From Thermodesulfobacteriota bacterium (lineage in GTDB: Bacteria > Desulfobacterota_D > UBA1144), in assembly GCA_029246845.1 (NCBI GenBank), contig JAQWMJ010000033.1, forward strand, positions 1-19,041: a DNA stretch of 19,041 nt, read 5' to 3'. Shown here in pieces: positions 1 to 8,565 of this stretch (the stretch's first letter is position 1; each line of letters starts with the position of its first letter). A model generated the notes under the pieces. That model was not told where the DNA came from, did not search any database, and worked only from the letters and a program-made list of their open reading frames with translations. Both the position numbers and the translations under genes were made by a program.

Positions 1-1530
1 TACTACTTCTATTACTTTCTTCTTTTTAACTCTTGAGAAAGAACCAAAGTTTACAGACATATTATTTTTTGCAGCATATAGAGCTAATATAAAATAATTA
101 TCAGGTCTGTTTTTGGGATATACATAGTTTATTTTTTTATAGATTTTGGCGAATTCTTTCCATTCTTCTGACTGCATTGGAGAGCTCCATTGAAGATTCC
201 AATAATCATATTGGTCATGGTGTTGTGGTCCAGAGTAGACCTTTTTATAGTTAACATCTATATCTCCAGTCTTTAATCTAAATAAGTTAGAAACTTTGTT
301 TATATCCACTACGGCTATCAACAAAGCGAATATTAATAAAATTTTACAAACTCTTTTGTTGTGAAATGAATCGATAATTATAAAGAGCAATAAGTATATG
401 ATATAAAAAGGAATCCAAACCATCCTGCCTGAAGCTCTTATAATACCAAAAGATTTCTCTATAAATTTAGGAAGGTCTAATTTAATTATATGAACATCAG
501 CTATGTGCATATTGTTTGAAAGTGCTAAAACGAAAAGTAGAATAGAAACAATAGATATGTATTTCAGTTCTACAGTAGATAGTAATCTCAATTTAAACCT
601 TGTTAGAGCTATATAAAAAATGGATATGAAAGAAAGGAATATCACGCCAGAACCAAGAAAGGCAAACCCTTCATGCTCACCTTCTATAGAGTTTATATCT
701 TTAATAATGTTCGACCACAGATCATTAGAATCAAAAAAAGTAAGCAAATTTGCCTTATAAGTACCAAAACCTGAAGTACTTAGTTTTGTTCCTGGTTCTA
801 TGTATCCTACGATATAGAGACAAGCTAGACTCGAAAAAAAGAAAATCGACAATATGATTCCAAATTTTTTATAGTCAATTTCTTTAGCAACTTTTCTTTT
901 AATAAGATCAGTTAGAAATATGATAAACATCATTACTGCTATATATGCACTAATTAAATAAGAGAAGAAGAATATGACCAGCCATTTAATATAATTAAAT
1001 TCTTTATTAAAATATATATTCAGCGATGCTAAAATTAGCCAGTGGGCCATTAAAGAGTAGTGTCCCCAAAGTCTCCAAAGAAAAATTGGAGCTATAAGAA
1101 AAAAAATAGAAAACAATATTATCAATAAAATATCATTCGAGAAATTTTTTAATAGCTTCATTGCAAAAAAGCTTTGTAAAAAGAAGCAGCTCAGTATCCA
1201 TACGCCGAAATATTGGGAGTTCGGCGGAAGAATTCCTTGGATGAATTTAAAAATCAATGCCATTATTGGGAGTGAATCATTAAGAGCAATAGTCAAGGAT
1301 AGCTCCATTCCATAGCTATAGTTTTTAAAGATAGGTATCTGAAATATTGTTGACTGTTGATAGAATAACCAGTTAAGCCAGTAGGTCTCAGAATCACCAG
1401 GCATTAGCCACTTATTAAAGCTAGGATCTAGAATTCGAATATCGCAGAAATATACAAAAGCCAAGAGTGACAAAATAAAAGAGGCTATTATTGCAATTAG
1501 ATTAAATTTATTTGAGATATTTTTTATCAT
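1..1530 (-). CDS. DUF6311-like polytopic membrane protein, probable GT-C glycosyltransferase (paralog 1; 3' end beyond left edge)
   Basis: Not in the ORF track. Hand translation from ATG at 1530 is open for 510 codons to position 1: MIKNISNKFNL...KWLMPGDSETYWLNWLFY...NDSLPIMALIFK...QYFGVW...LWRLWGHYSLMAHW...EHEGFAFLG...RASGRMVW...YVYPKNRP...AAKNNMSVNFGSFSR. These motifs are shared with the four complete paralogs. Confidence 0.9.
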   Translation of the reverse strand, partial: MIKNISNKFNLIAIIASFILSLLAFVYFCDIRILDPSFNKWLMPGDSETYWLNWLFYQQSTIFQIPIFKNYSYGMELSLTIALNDSLPIMALIFKFIQGILPPNSQYFGVWILSCFFLQSFFAMKLLKNFSNDILLIILFSIFFLIAPIFLWRLWGHYSLMAHWLILASLNIYFNKEFNYIKWLVIFFFSYLISAYIAVMMFIIFLTDLIKRKVAKEIDYKKFGIILSIFFFSSLACLYIVGYIEPGTKLSTSGFGTYKANLLTFFDSNDLWSNIIKDINSIEGEHEGFAFLGSGVIFLSFISIFYIALTRFKLRLLSTVELKYISIVSILLFVLALSNNMHIADVHIIKLDLPKFIEKSFGIIRASGRMVWIPFYIIYLLLFIIIDSFHNKRVCKILLIFALLIAVVDINKVSNLFRLKTGDIDVNYKKVYSGPQHHDQYDYWNLQWSSPMQSEEWKEFAKIYKKINYVYPKNRPDNYFILALYAAKNNMSVNFGSFSRVKKKKVIEVV

Positions 1531-1578
1531 ATATTCTTAGATTATATTGTCCTTGAGCATGAAATCAATTATAAGGAA

Positions 1579-3234
1579 TTATTTCTTGGGAAGTATTATC
1601 ATATGTTTAATTCCATTTGTATCGTTAACGATTAATTTTTCACTTATTGAAGAAACTTTTTCGTAATACTTATTAAAAATCTGAATGTCACTAAAGTAAT
1701 ATATTGAGTCTTTATCAAGATTTCCACTTTCAAAGGATGCTTTAATATTTTTTATAAACTTCTTCTGTATTCTTAGATTTCTTCTTGCGAAATATCCAAA
1801 GTTAGTTTTTTTATTATTTTTATATGCAAAATAAGCAAGTTCTCGCCAATTTTGATTTGCATATTTAGGGAATACATAAACTATATTATTATAATCTTTT
1901 GTTATCAAAGATAGCCCCTCTTGTGAAGTATCCATTCTATTAATATTTTGTATATTTTCTTTACTATTAAAAGCCATAATCGTCTTGATTCCTGGATAAA
2001 TATCTGCTATTTGTATACAACAAATAATAAAAATAAAAACTATCGCATTTTTGGTCTTTAGCTGGCCATAGATAACAATTATTGATCCTATGGATACCAA
2101 GTAGTAGATTGGCCAAAAAAATCTAGCAGAAGCTCTAAAGGGTTTAGTTAGTGGCTTTAGAATTTCAGGCATATTGTAGGTAAACAATTCACTGCCTCCT
2201 AACCCTATTTTGTTTGTCAGAGCAAACACTAGCAATATAAGTGAAAAAACAAACAAGACTTTAACTTTCTTGTTTATAAAATAAAATTTTGTCTTAATTC
2301 CAAAATATATACTTCCAACAATAGTTATAAGTATTCCTAACCCAAAGTAATTAAAACCTTCTATTAAATCTCCTAATTGTAATGCCTTATAAGTAAAAAG
2401 GTCTCCTGTAAGTTGAGACCAATTTAGACTTCGCCCGATTGGATTTATAAAAGATAGTAGGTTTAAGCGATATCCTCCCCACCCACCATGAAAAACTTCA
2501 TCAGCTTGAACTTCGAAATAACCAAATATATACAAAGACATAGATGAGAATAGGATTGTTATAAGTACATATTTAAAACATTTGTTTATATCTCCATTTA
2601 CTACATACTCTTTTATATAAGTGAAAATTGCTATAGCTATTGTCATAGCAAACAAGTACCCATGTACTAGAATCGAAATTAATATTAAAACAAGCCAAGT
2701 TGTAAAGTTTTGTTCTTTTCTTATATATAAATAAATTCCGGCCAAGATAATCCAGTGCGACATTAGATTTATATGACCTGCGATAAATCTTTCTAGGACT
2801 ATTGGTGATAAAAGTATTATTGTGGTTAGCATTACTTTAGAAAAAAGGTCTATGCGGTAGTAGGTTAAAATTTTATTCATGAAGAATGACGTAAGTAGAC
2901 TAGAAATGAATATCCATAAGCCAAAATATTGAAAATTGACCGGTAATAAATTTGAAAAAGGTTTAAAAATAATAGCCATAATAGGTAATGAATCTGTATA
3001 AATAATTGTTGAACCAACGCCAGAACCATAATTAAATATTTTGAATAATGGAAATGAGAAAAATGTTTCACCTCTATAGAATGACCATCCTAAGAATCCA
3101 TTGTATGCATCATCTGGAAGCCAATATATATTTTGAAAATCAATAAGATGAAAACCAAAAATAAGATGAAATATTAAGATGGAGAGAGCTAACAGTAAAA
3201 TAGTATCTTTCTTTTTTATAATTGAAGCAAGCAT
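1579..3234 (-). CDS. DUF6311-like polytopic membrane protein, probable GT-C glycosyltransferase (paralog 2)
   Basis: 551 aa with many hydrophobic helices. Motifs WLPDD, TDSLPIMAIIFKPF, FQYFGLW, GHINLMSHW, EGFNYFG, FRASARFFW, NFGYFAR, then a soluble C-terminal domain. Confidence 0.85.
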   Translation of the reverse strand: MLASIIKKKDTILLLALSILIFHLIFGFHLIDFQNIYWLPDDAYNGFLGWSFYRGETFFSFPLFKIFNYGSGVGSTIIYTDSLPIMAIIFKPFSNLLPVNFQYFGLWIFISSLLTSFFMNKILTYYRIDLFSKVMLTTIILLSPIVLERFIAGHINLMSHWIILAGIYLYIRKEQNFTTWLVLILISILVHGYLFAMTIAIAIFTYIKEYVVNGDINKCFKYVLITILFSSMSLYIFGYFEVQADEVFHGGWGGYRLNLLSFINPIGRSLNWSQLTGDLFTYKALQLGDLIEGFNYFGLGILITIVGSIYFGIKTKFYFINKKVKVLFVFSLILLVFALTNKIGLGGSELFTYNMPEILKPLTKPFRASARFFWPIYYLVSIGSIIVIYGQLKTKNAIVFIFIICCIQIADIYPGIKTIMAFNSKENIQNINRMDTSQEGLSLITKDYNNIVYVFPKYANQNWRELAYFAYKNNKKTNFGYFARRNLRIQKKFIKNIKASFESGNLDKDSIYYFSDIQIFNKYYEKVSSISEKLIVNDTNGIKHMIILPKK

Positions 3235-3356
3235 TATAGGATATCTTAGCTATTAATTAAATTGAGAGCAATAAGTTTCAATTAATTGTGAATTAACTGA
3301 ATATTAAATCTTTATACTTTATAGTAGAATAACTCGAACCAGTTATATAATTATAC

Positions 3357-3362
3357 GGAGGT
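3357..3362 (+). promoter_or_regulatory. Shine-Dalgarno site for paralog 3
   Basis: GGAGGT lies 9 nt upstream of the GTG start at 3372, in a 137-bp divergent intergenic region. Confidence 0.7.
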
Positions 3363-3371
3363 TAGCCAGTA

Positions 3372-5057
3372 GTGAAATATGCAAAGTATTACCTAATAAT
3401 TTTTTCCTTCTTTAGTTTCTTTTACTTTACAGGTGGCGCCCCGATTAATTTTATAAACAATGAATGGCTATCACCAGGTGACTCAGGGTGGCACTGGATT
3501 AATTGGCTATTTTTCAAAGAGACTCCTCTTTTACAATTCCCTATATTTGAAAATTATAGTTATGGCATGGAGCTTTCATCCTCTATTGCTATAAATGATT
3601 CCTTGCCTATTATGGCGATTATTTTTAAACCTTTTTCTGCATTTCTTCCTTTTGAGTTTCAATATTTTGGTATATGGATTTTAATCTGCTTTATACTTCA
3701 AGGACAATTGTCGTTAATCCTTTTGAGAAGAATCACCAACAACGAGCTTTTATCTTTTATGGGAGCCTGTTTTTTCGTTCTTTCACCACCCTTTCTATGG
3801 AGGCTGTGGGGGCACTACTCACTCATGGCCCATTGGCTTATAATATTTGGAATTATAATTTTTTATTCTTCGAACTTTAGATTTAGAAATTGGGCCATAT
3901 TACTAATTTTAACTGCATTGGTTAACGCTTATATCTTAGCAATCATTCTAAGTTTATTTATATTAGATTTAATATATAGAACATATTCTAATTCATTCAA
4001 AGCTAAAGAGTCATGGACTATCTTTCTTAAAGCCTTAGTATTGCTTATTTCTTCTTTATATGTTTTTGGATATTTTTCAAATGGTATGAGTATTGGAAGC
4101 GGGGGCTATTCCCTATATAGGGCAAACTTAAATACTTTCTTCAATGACAATAAACTCTGGTCTAATATAATGCCAGATTTAGGAACTATACCAAACGACT
4201 ATGAAGGATTCGCCTTTTTAGGAATAGGAATAATTTTCTTACTCATCTTTGTAATATTTGAGATTTTTAAAAATAAGCTTTTATTTAAAACATTATTTAA
4301 AAAGAGGAATATATTCATAATTTCGTTGTCCATGATACTTTTTCTTTTTGCTGTAACAAATAAAGTAACATTCGGATCAACAGTATTATTTGAATTTGAT
4401 TTACCAGAACTTTTTAAAGGGTTAACAAGACCACTTAGGTCATCTGGTAGAATGGTTTGGCTAATCTTCTACTTGCTATATTGTGGAATATTTTTTGTTA
4501 TTTCACGATCTAAGTATCTCAAAATCTACTATTTTATTTTACCGATTTTATTAGTCATACAGATCTTTGATTCAAGTGTTATAGCCGCCAACTTTAGATC
4601 AAAGATTTCTGATACTAGAACTTATAATTTAAAGCCTTATATTAATAGTAAGGACCCTGCGAATATTGCTATTGTTAAAACTTTGAACTCTTTTTGGGAA
4701 TCGCCTTTAGTTTCGCCTGAGTGGCAAGTTCTTAAACAAAATTACAAGACAATAGTATATGTATATCCTAAAAATAGGCCTTCTGGGGCATATCCCCTCG
4801 TTCTCTTTGCCGCAAAGAATAAGCTTTCGACAAACTTTGGTTATTTTTCAAGGTACAAAGGCTCGAAAAAGGAAGAAATCTATTCAAAAATAGATAAGGC
4901 TTTAGACACTAACTCCTTTGATAAAGATTCAATCTACATCTTTGATGATTCCTTAGAGCAGAAATGGATTTTAACTTTAGGTCAATGCCTCACTTCAGAT
5001 TTATGCAAAACAATTGATGGGTATAGAGTTTTTGCCAAAGATTTCAATTTTAAGTAA
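3372..5057 (+). CDS. DUF6311-like polytopic membrane protein, probable GT-C glycosyltransferase (paralog 3)
   Basis: 561 aa, GTG start with a good RBS. Motifs WLSPGD, NDSLPIMAIIFKPF, FQYFGIW, LWRLWGHYSLMAHW, YEGFAFLG, RSSGRMVW, NFGYFSR. Confidence 0.85.
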   Translation: MKYAKYYLIIFSFFSFFYFTGGAPINFINNEWLSPGDSGWHWINWLFFKETPLLQFPIFENYSYGMELSSSIAINDSLPIMAIIFKPFSAFLPFEFQYFGIWILICFILQGQLSLILLRRITNNELLSFMGACFFVLSPPFLWRLWGHYSLMAHWLIIFGIIIFYSSNFRFRNWAILLILTALVNAYILAIILSLFILDLIYRTYSNSFKAKESWTIFLKALVLLISSLYVFGYFSNGMSIGSGGYSLYRANLNTFFNDNKLWSNIMPDLGTIPNDYEGFAFLGIGIIFLLIFVIFEIFKNKLLFKTLFKKRNIFIISLSMILFLFAVTNKVTFGSTVLFEFDLPELFKGLTRPLRSSGRMVWLIFYLLYCGIFFVISRSKYLKIYYFILPILLVIQIFDSSVIAANFRSKISDTRTYNLKPYINSKDPANIAIVKTLNSFWESPLVSPEWQVLKQNYKTIVYVYPKNRPSGAYPLVLFAAKNKLSTNFGYFSRYKGSKKEEIYSKIDKALDTNSFDKDSIYIFDDSLEQKWILTLGQCLTSDLCKTIDGYRVFAKDFNFK

Positions 5058-5091
5058 TTTATTAATTTTAGCTTTATGATATTATTGCATT

Positions 5092-6009
5092 ATGAACGAA
5101 GCTAAGGATTTATATTCTATAATTGTACCAGTTCTTAATATCACTGATTCATTAGTCGAATTATCCAATAGAATTGATGAAGTTATGAAGACTAGGAATT
5201 ATTCGTTTGAGATAATTTTTATTGACGATGGTTCGACAGATGCGAATACTTTAAAAACTATGAAAAAAATTCAAGACTCTAGTTTAATAGATGTGACTAT
5301 TGTGTCTTTTTTTAAAAACTTTGGTCAGCAAGCTGGCATACTGGCTGGCATTAAACTAGCTAAGGGAAACTATTTGATAACGATGGATGGTGATTTAGAG
5401 CATAGACCTGAAGATTTATTTTCTTTGATTGATAAACAACAGGAGGGCAACTTTGATGTAGTTTTTGGGAATTTCAAAGAAAAGACTCATGGAGCAATAA
5501 AAAAGTTTTTTAGTTTTATTTATACTTCTATTGAAAGAAAAATATTGCAATACCCTGAAGGTACTAAGAGAAGCGCTTTCTGGGTAATGAAAAGGGCCGT
5601 TGGAGAAGAAGTCCTAAAATTTAATACTCTAAATCCAAGCCTAAGTATTCTTATTATAAAAGTTACCAATCATATTGGTTCAGCAGAGATTGTTCAAGGA
5701 AAGAGAGGGGAGGGTGAATCAGCATATACAGTTTCAAAATTAATTTTTCTTGCAAGCTCATTATTTATTAATAACAGTGGAATTTTCCTCAGATCCTTTC
5801 TTTTTTTCGGTTTAATATCGCTACTTCTTGTAGTTCTTGGAATGTTTAATCAAGTATTTTTAGAAATATGGTATCTATGGGGGTTAATATGTCTTATTCC
5901 ATTAGTTTTAATAGGTTTTGCCATAGTAGGAGAATATTTATTTAGAATTATTCAAAATGTAGAAAAGCAGCCTCTATACTCAATAAGAGAGATAATAAAG
6001 AAGAATTAA
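5092..6009 (+). CDS. GT2 glycosyltransferase, GtrB/ArnC/DPM-like polyprenyl-phosphate sugar transferase
   Basis: SIIVPVLN, EIIFIDDGSTD, KNFGQQAGILAG, DxD motif TMDGDLEH, RGEGES, two C-terminal TM helices and a GEYLFRI...P.Y tail typical of the family. Confidence 0.88.
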   Translation: MNEAKDLYSIIVPVLNITDSLVELSNRIDEVMKTRNYSFEIIFIDDGSTDANTLKTMKKIQDSSLIDVTIVSFFKNFGQQAGILAGIKLAKGNYLITMDGDLEHRPEDLFSLIDKQQEGNFDVVFGNFKEKTHGAIKKFFSFIYTSIERKILQYPEGTKRSAFWVMKRAVGEEVLKFNTLNPSLSILIIKVTNHIGSAEIVQGKRGEGESAYTVSKLIFLASSLFINNSGIFLRSFLFFGLISLLLVVLGMFNQVFLEIWYLWGLICLIPLVLIGFAIVGEYLFRIIQNVEKQPLYSIREIIKKN

Positions 6010-7661
6010 GGCGCTAGAAGCTTATATCCATCGATAATTATAGTGGTATCTGGATTATTTTCCTTCGCCATAACCCATGATTCTTCATGAAAGAAAACAT
6101 ATAGTGATTCAGTATCAATATTATTTTCCTTTATCTTTTCTAGTAATTTGAGATTGTTTCTTTTTACACTTTTTTTATTAACTCTTGAAAAATAACCAAA
6201 GTTTGTGTCAATTTTATTTTTGGCTGCAAAGTAAGCTAAGGAAAAATATTCTTTAGGGAACCTGTTTGGAACAACGTATATTATTCTCTTATACTTTTTT
6301 GCAAATAAATCCCAATTAGCATCCTGGAGTTTTATATTCTCTTTGTATATTTTAGAGTAGCTATTTTTATCTTTATAGAATACATTTCTAACCTGCTTAA
6401 AAGTTGGCTGCATATCAATAAATTGAATTAGTAGAAAAATAACAAGAATAGGGAATTTAAATCTATTGGTATACCTGTATATCATTACAAATATAAAAAT
6501 ATAGATTAGATAGTAATTGATCCAAAAGAACCTACCTGAGCTTCTAAAAGTCTTAGTAATTACTTTGGTAAATTTAGGCATGTCATATGAAAACAGCTCT
6601 AAATTTCCTAGATATATATTATTAGAAACAGCATATAAAGTTATTAAAAAGAAAAAGATTAAAATTATTTTATTTTTAGGCTTACGAAGTGATTTTAGTA
6701 CTTCTTTATAGTAATAAAAAATTATTGGGAAAATAATTACAAGCATTAATATTATTCCTGAACCTAAGAAATTAAACCCTTCATAGTCTCCAAAACCCTC
6801 ATTAATACTGGGTGTTTCTAGTTCTGGAAAAATTTGAGATGCTCTCAAGGTTACCTCTGCTACAGGATCAAATAGAGCATTTAGATTCATCTTAAACTTA
6901 CCAAATCCGTGATTAGTAAAACCCCCACCTATCATGAAATATCCTAAAGCATATAGCAGTATTCCTAAGAATATGAAATATATTAATGCTGATTTTAAAG
7001 CAATTTTACCATCTTTATTCTCAAGATATTCCTTAGAGATGGCCATTAAAAATACTATCGATGTAAATCCAATGTAGTATCCATGAACTAAGGTAGATAG
7101 TGTTATAAGTAAGAGCCAATATTTTAATTTAAAGTTTTTTAATAAATAAACATAAAGAGTAAGTAATATTATCCACTGTGAAGCAAGTGCTAAATGAGAA
7201 AAAAATAATTTATTTAAGAAGATTGGAGATATACAAAAAAAAGCAATTGATACAAGTCTAAATTTATTATTATCTATATAAATCTTAAGAATCCTGTCCG
7301 CTATAATTGCTTGCAAGCAAAAAGAAATTAATATCCATAGTCCAAAATATTGAAATTCAAAATCTAAAAAAGAATTAAAAAATTTAAAAATTATTGCAAA
7401 AATCGGAAGGGAGTCTGTATATATTAATGAGCTCCCAGTGTACAACCCAAAAGAAGTATTTTTTAGAAAAGGAAACTGTAAAATATCTGTTTCACGAAAG
7501 AAAAGCCAACCTAATAAATGTTGCTGCGCATCACAAATAATAGGGCAATCTATTAGCCAGTATATATTACTAAAGTTGACAATATCCATCCCAACAATAT
7601 ATGTAAAAAATATTAGGCCAATAATTATTGATAGGTAAAAATTAGATTCTTTATATATCAT
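6006..7661 (-). CDS. DUF6311-like polytopic membrane protein, probable GT-C glycosyltransferase (paralog 4)
   Basis: 551 aa. Motifs DAQQHLLGWLFFR, YTDSLPIFAIIFK, FQYFGLW, YEGFNFLG, FRSSGRFFW, NFGYFSR, IDGYKLLAP. Confidence 0.85.
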   Translation of the reverse strand: MIYKESNFYLSIIIGLIFFTYIVGMDIVNFSNIYWLIDCPIICDAQQHLLGWLFFRETDILQFPFLKNTSFGLYTGSSLIYTDSLPIFAIIFKFFNSFLDFEFQYFGLWILISFCLQAIIADRILKIYIDNNKFRLVSIAFFCISPIFLNKLFFSHLALASQWIILLTLYVYLLKNFKLKYWLLLITLSTLVHGYYIGFTSIVFLMAISKEYLENKDGKIALKSALIYFIFLGILLYALGYFMIGGGFTNHGFGKFKMNLNALFDPVAEVTLRASQIFPELETPSINEGFGDYEGFNFLGSGIILMLVIIFPIIFYYYKEVLKSLRKPKNKIILIFFFLITLYAVSNNIYLGNLELFSYDMPKFTKVITKTFRSSGRFFWINYYLIYIFIFVMIYRYTNRFKFPILVIFLLIQFIDMQPTFKQVRNVFYKDKNSYSKIYKENIKLQDANWDLFAKKYKRIIYVVPNRFPKEYFSLAYFAAKNKIDTNFGYFSRVNKKSVKRNNLKLLEKIKENNIDTESLYVFFHEESWVMAKENNPDTTIIIDGYKLLAP

Positions 7662-7688
7662 TTATCAATTGATTAAAACATAGAAAGA

Positions 7689-8510
7689 CTATTTTAAAAA
7701 GTTTTTGATTTCGACTTTCATATATGGAAAAGGAATCTTAAGAATATTAAAGATAAGTTTATTTAAACGAATCTTATATAAAAACTGACAGAACTTCCCT
7801 AGTAATCCGTGTCTTTCAAGAAAAAAGTTATCGTGAGTAAATCTTTTAAACAGTCTATCGTGAATATTATAATCAAAAGTACCTTTATAATTCTCGTTTA
7901 AAAATTTTTTAACATGCCTAGCTTTAATGAAATTAACAGATTCCCAATTGCCCTGAATCCCTAAATTCTCCTCATAGTCTCTTATCTTTTTCTCAAATAT
8001 TTTATAAGTTATATCTTTATTAATTATGATAGGAATTATTACATGTGTTTCATAAGGTAAATCATAGGTAGGGCATAGAATAATGGACACTCCATTCGGA
8101 GTAAGAAGAGATTGCGTTTTTTCAATATATGACTTCCAACTTTCAACATGTTCACAAACATTTATAGAAAATATTAAATCAAACTTTTCACTAGTGTGAA
8201 AGTCCTCGATTTTAGACTTTATAAATTTAACCTTATTTATAGAATCTAGTATGTTACTAAATTTCTCATAACTAGATATGAATGGATCAACCCCTAAGTA
8301 TGAATTCTTTGGGAATAAATCAGAAAGCTCATTTAAGAGTAAGCCAGGCCCACATCCAACTTCTAGTACTTTACCTTCTAAATTTTCAAGATATTGCTTC
8401 ATTTCACTAAAGCCAAAAATTGCCTCACGCAACAAATAGATATCTCTATCTTTAGATGGAAGTAGATGAGCATATTTTTTGTATAGATAGTCAAATTCTA
8501 AATCTTTCAT
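7689..8510 (-). CDS. Class I SAM-dependent methyltransferase
   Basis: Motif I VLEVGCGPG, acidic GVD, FDLIFSINVCEHV and LLTPNG motifs, as in Methyltransf_11/23-type proteins. Confidence 0.88.
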   Translation of the reverse strand: MKDLEFDYLYKKYAHLLPSKDRDIYLLREAIFGFSEMKQYLENLEGKVLEVGCGPGLLLNELSDLFPKNSYLGVDPFISSYEKFSNILDSINKVKFIKSKIEDFHTSEKFDLIFSINVCEHVESWKSYIEKTQSLLTPNGVSIILCPTYDLPYETHVIIPIIINKDITYKIFEKKIRDYEENLGIQGNWESVNFIKARHVKKFLNENYKGTFDYNIHDRLFKRFTHDNFFLERHGLLGKFCQFLYKIRLNKLIFNILKIPFPYMKVEIKNFLK

Positions 8511-8565
8511 TTTTATTCTTTGATTATAATCATATTTAAGATTTTTTAAAGCAGAGTTTTAAGTT

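Noticed and set aside
1099..1106. A8/T8 homopolymers (also 7235-7242, 11129-11136, 11975-11982, 14223-14230, 17296-17303) as slipped-strand switches
   Set aside because: Short poly-A/T runs are ordinary at this base composition. All frames are intact and there are no long poly-G/C tracts.
1537..1560. 7-codon ORF (MLKDNII) on the minus strand, in frame with and ending 6 nt before the paralog 1 start
   Set aside because: Could be a relic N-terminal extension or leader peptide, but such mini-ORFs are expected by chance and it has no RBS or attenuator.
3346..3355. Palindrome TATAATTATA giving a -10 hexamer on both strands
   Set aside because: Likely by chance in such AT-rich DNA. A plus-strand start from it would fall within the SD, and there is no clear -35.
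2877..3880. Short alternative-frame ORFs 2877-3071 and 3674-3880
   Set aside because: Nested in well-supported paralog genes, with no recognisable motifs. The main frames are intact, so they are not frameshift remnants.
3235..6009. Paralog 3 + GT2 block as an invertible phase-variation segment
   Set aside because: The orientation is opposite to its neighbours, but I saw no flanking inverted repeats or recombinase, and the right boundary is a stop-codon overlap.
6517..7638. Antisense ORFs 6517-6711 and 7438-7638
   Set aside because: Shadow ORFs opposite paralog 4, with no independent coding evidence.
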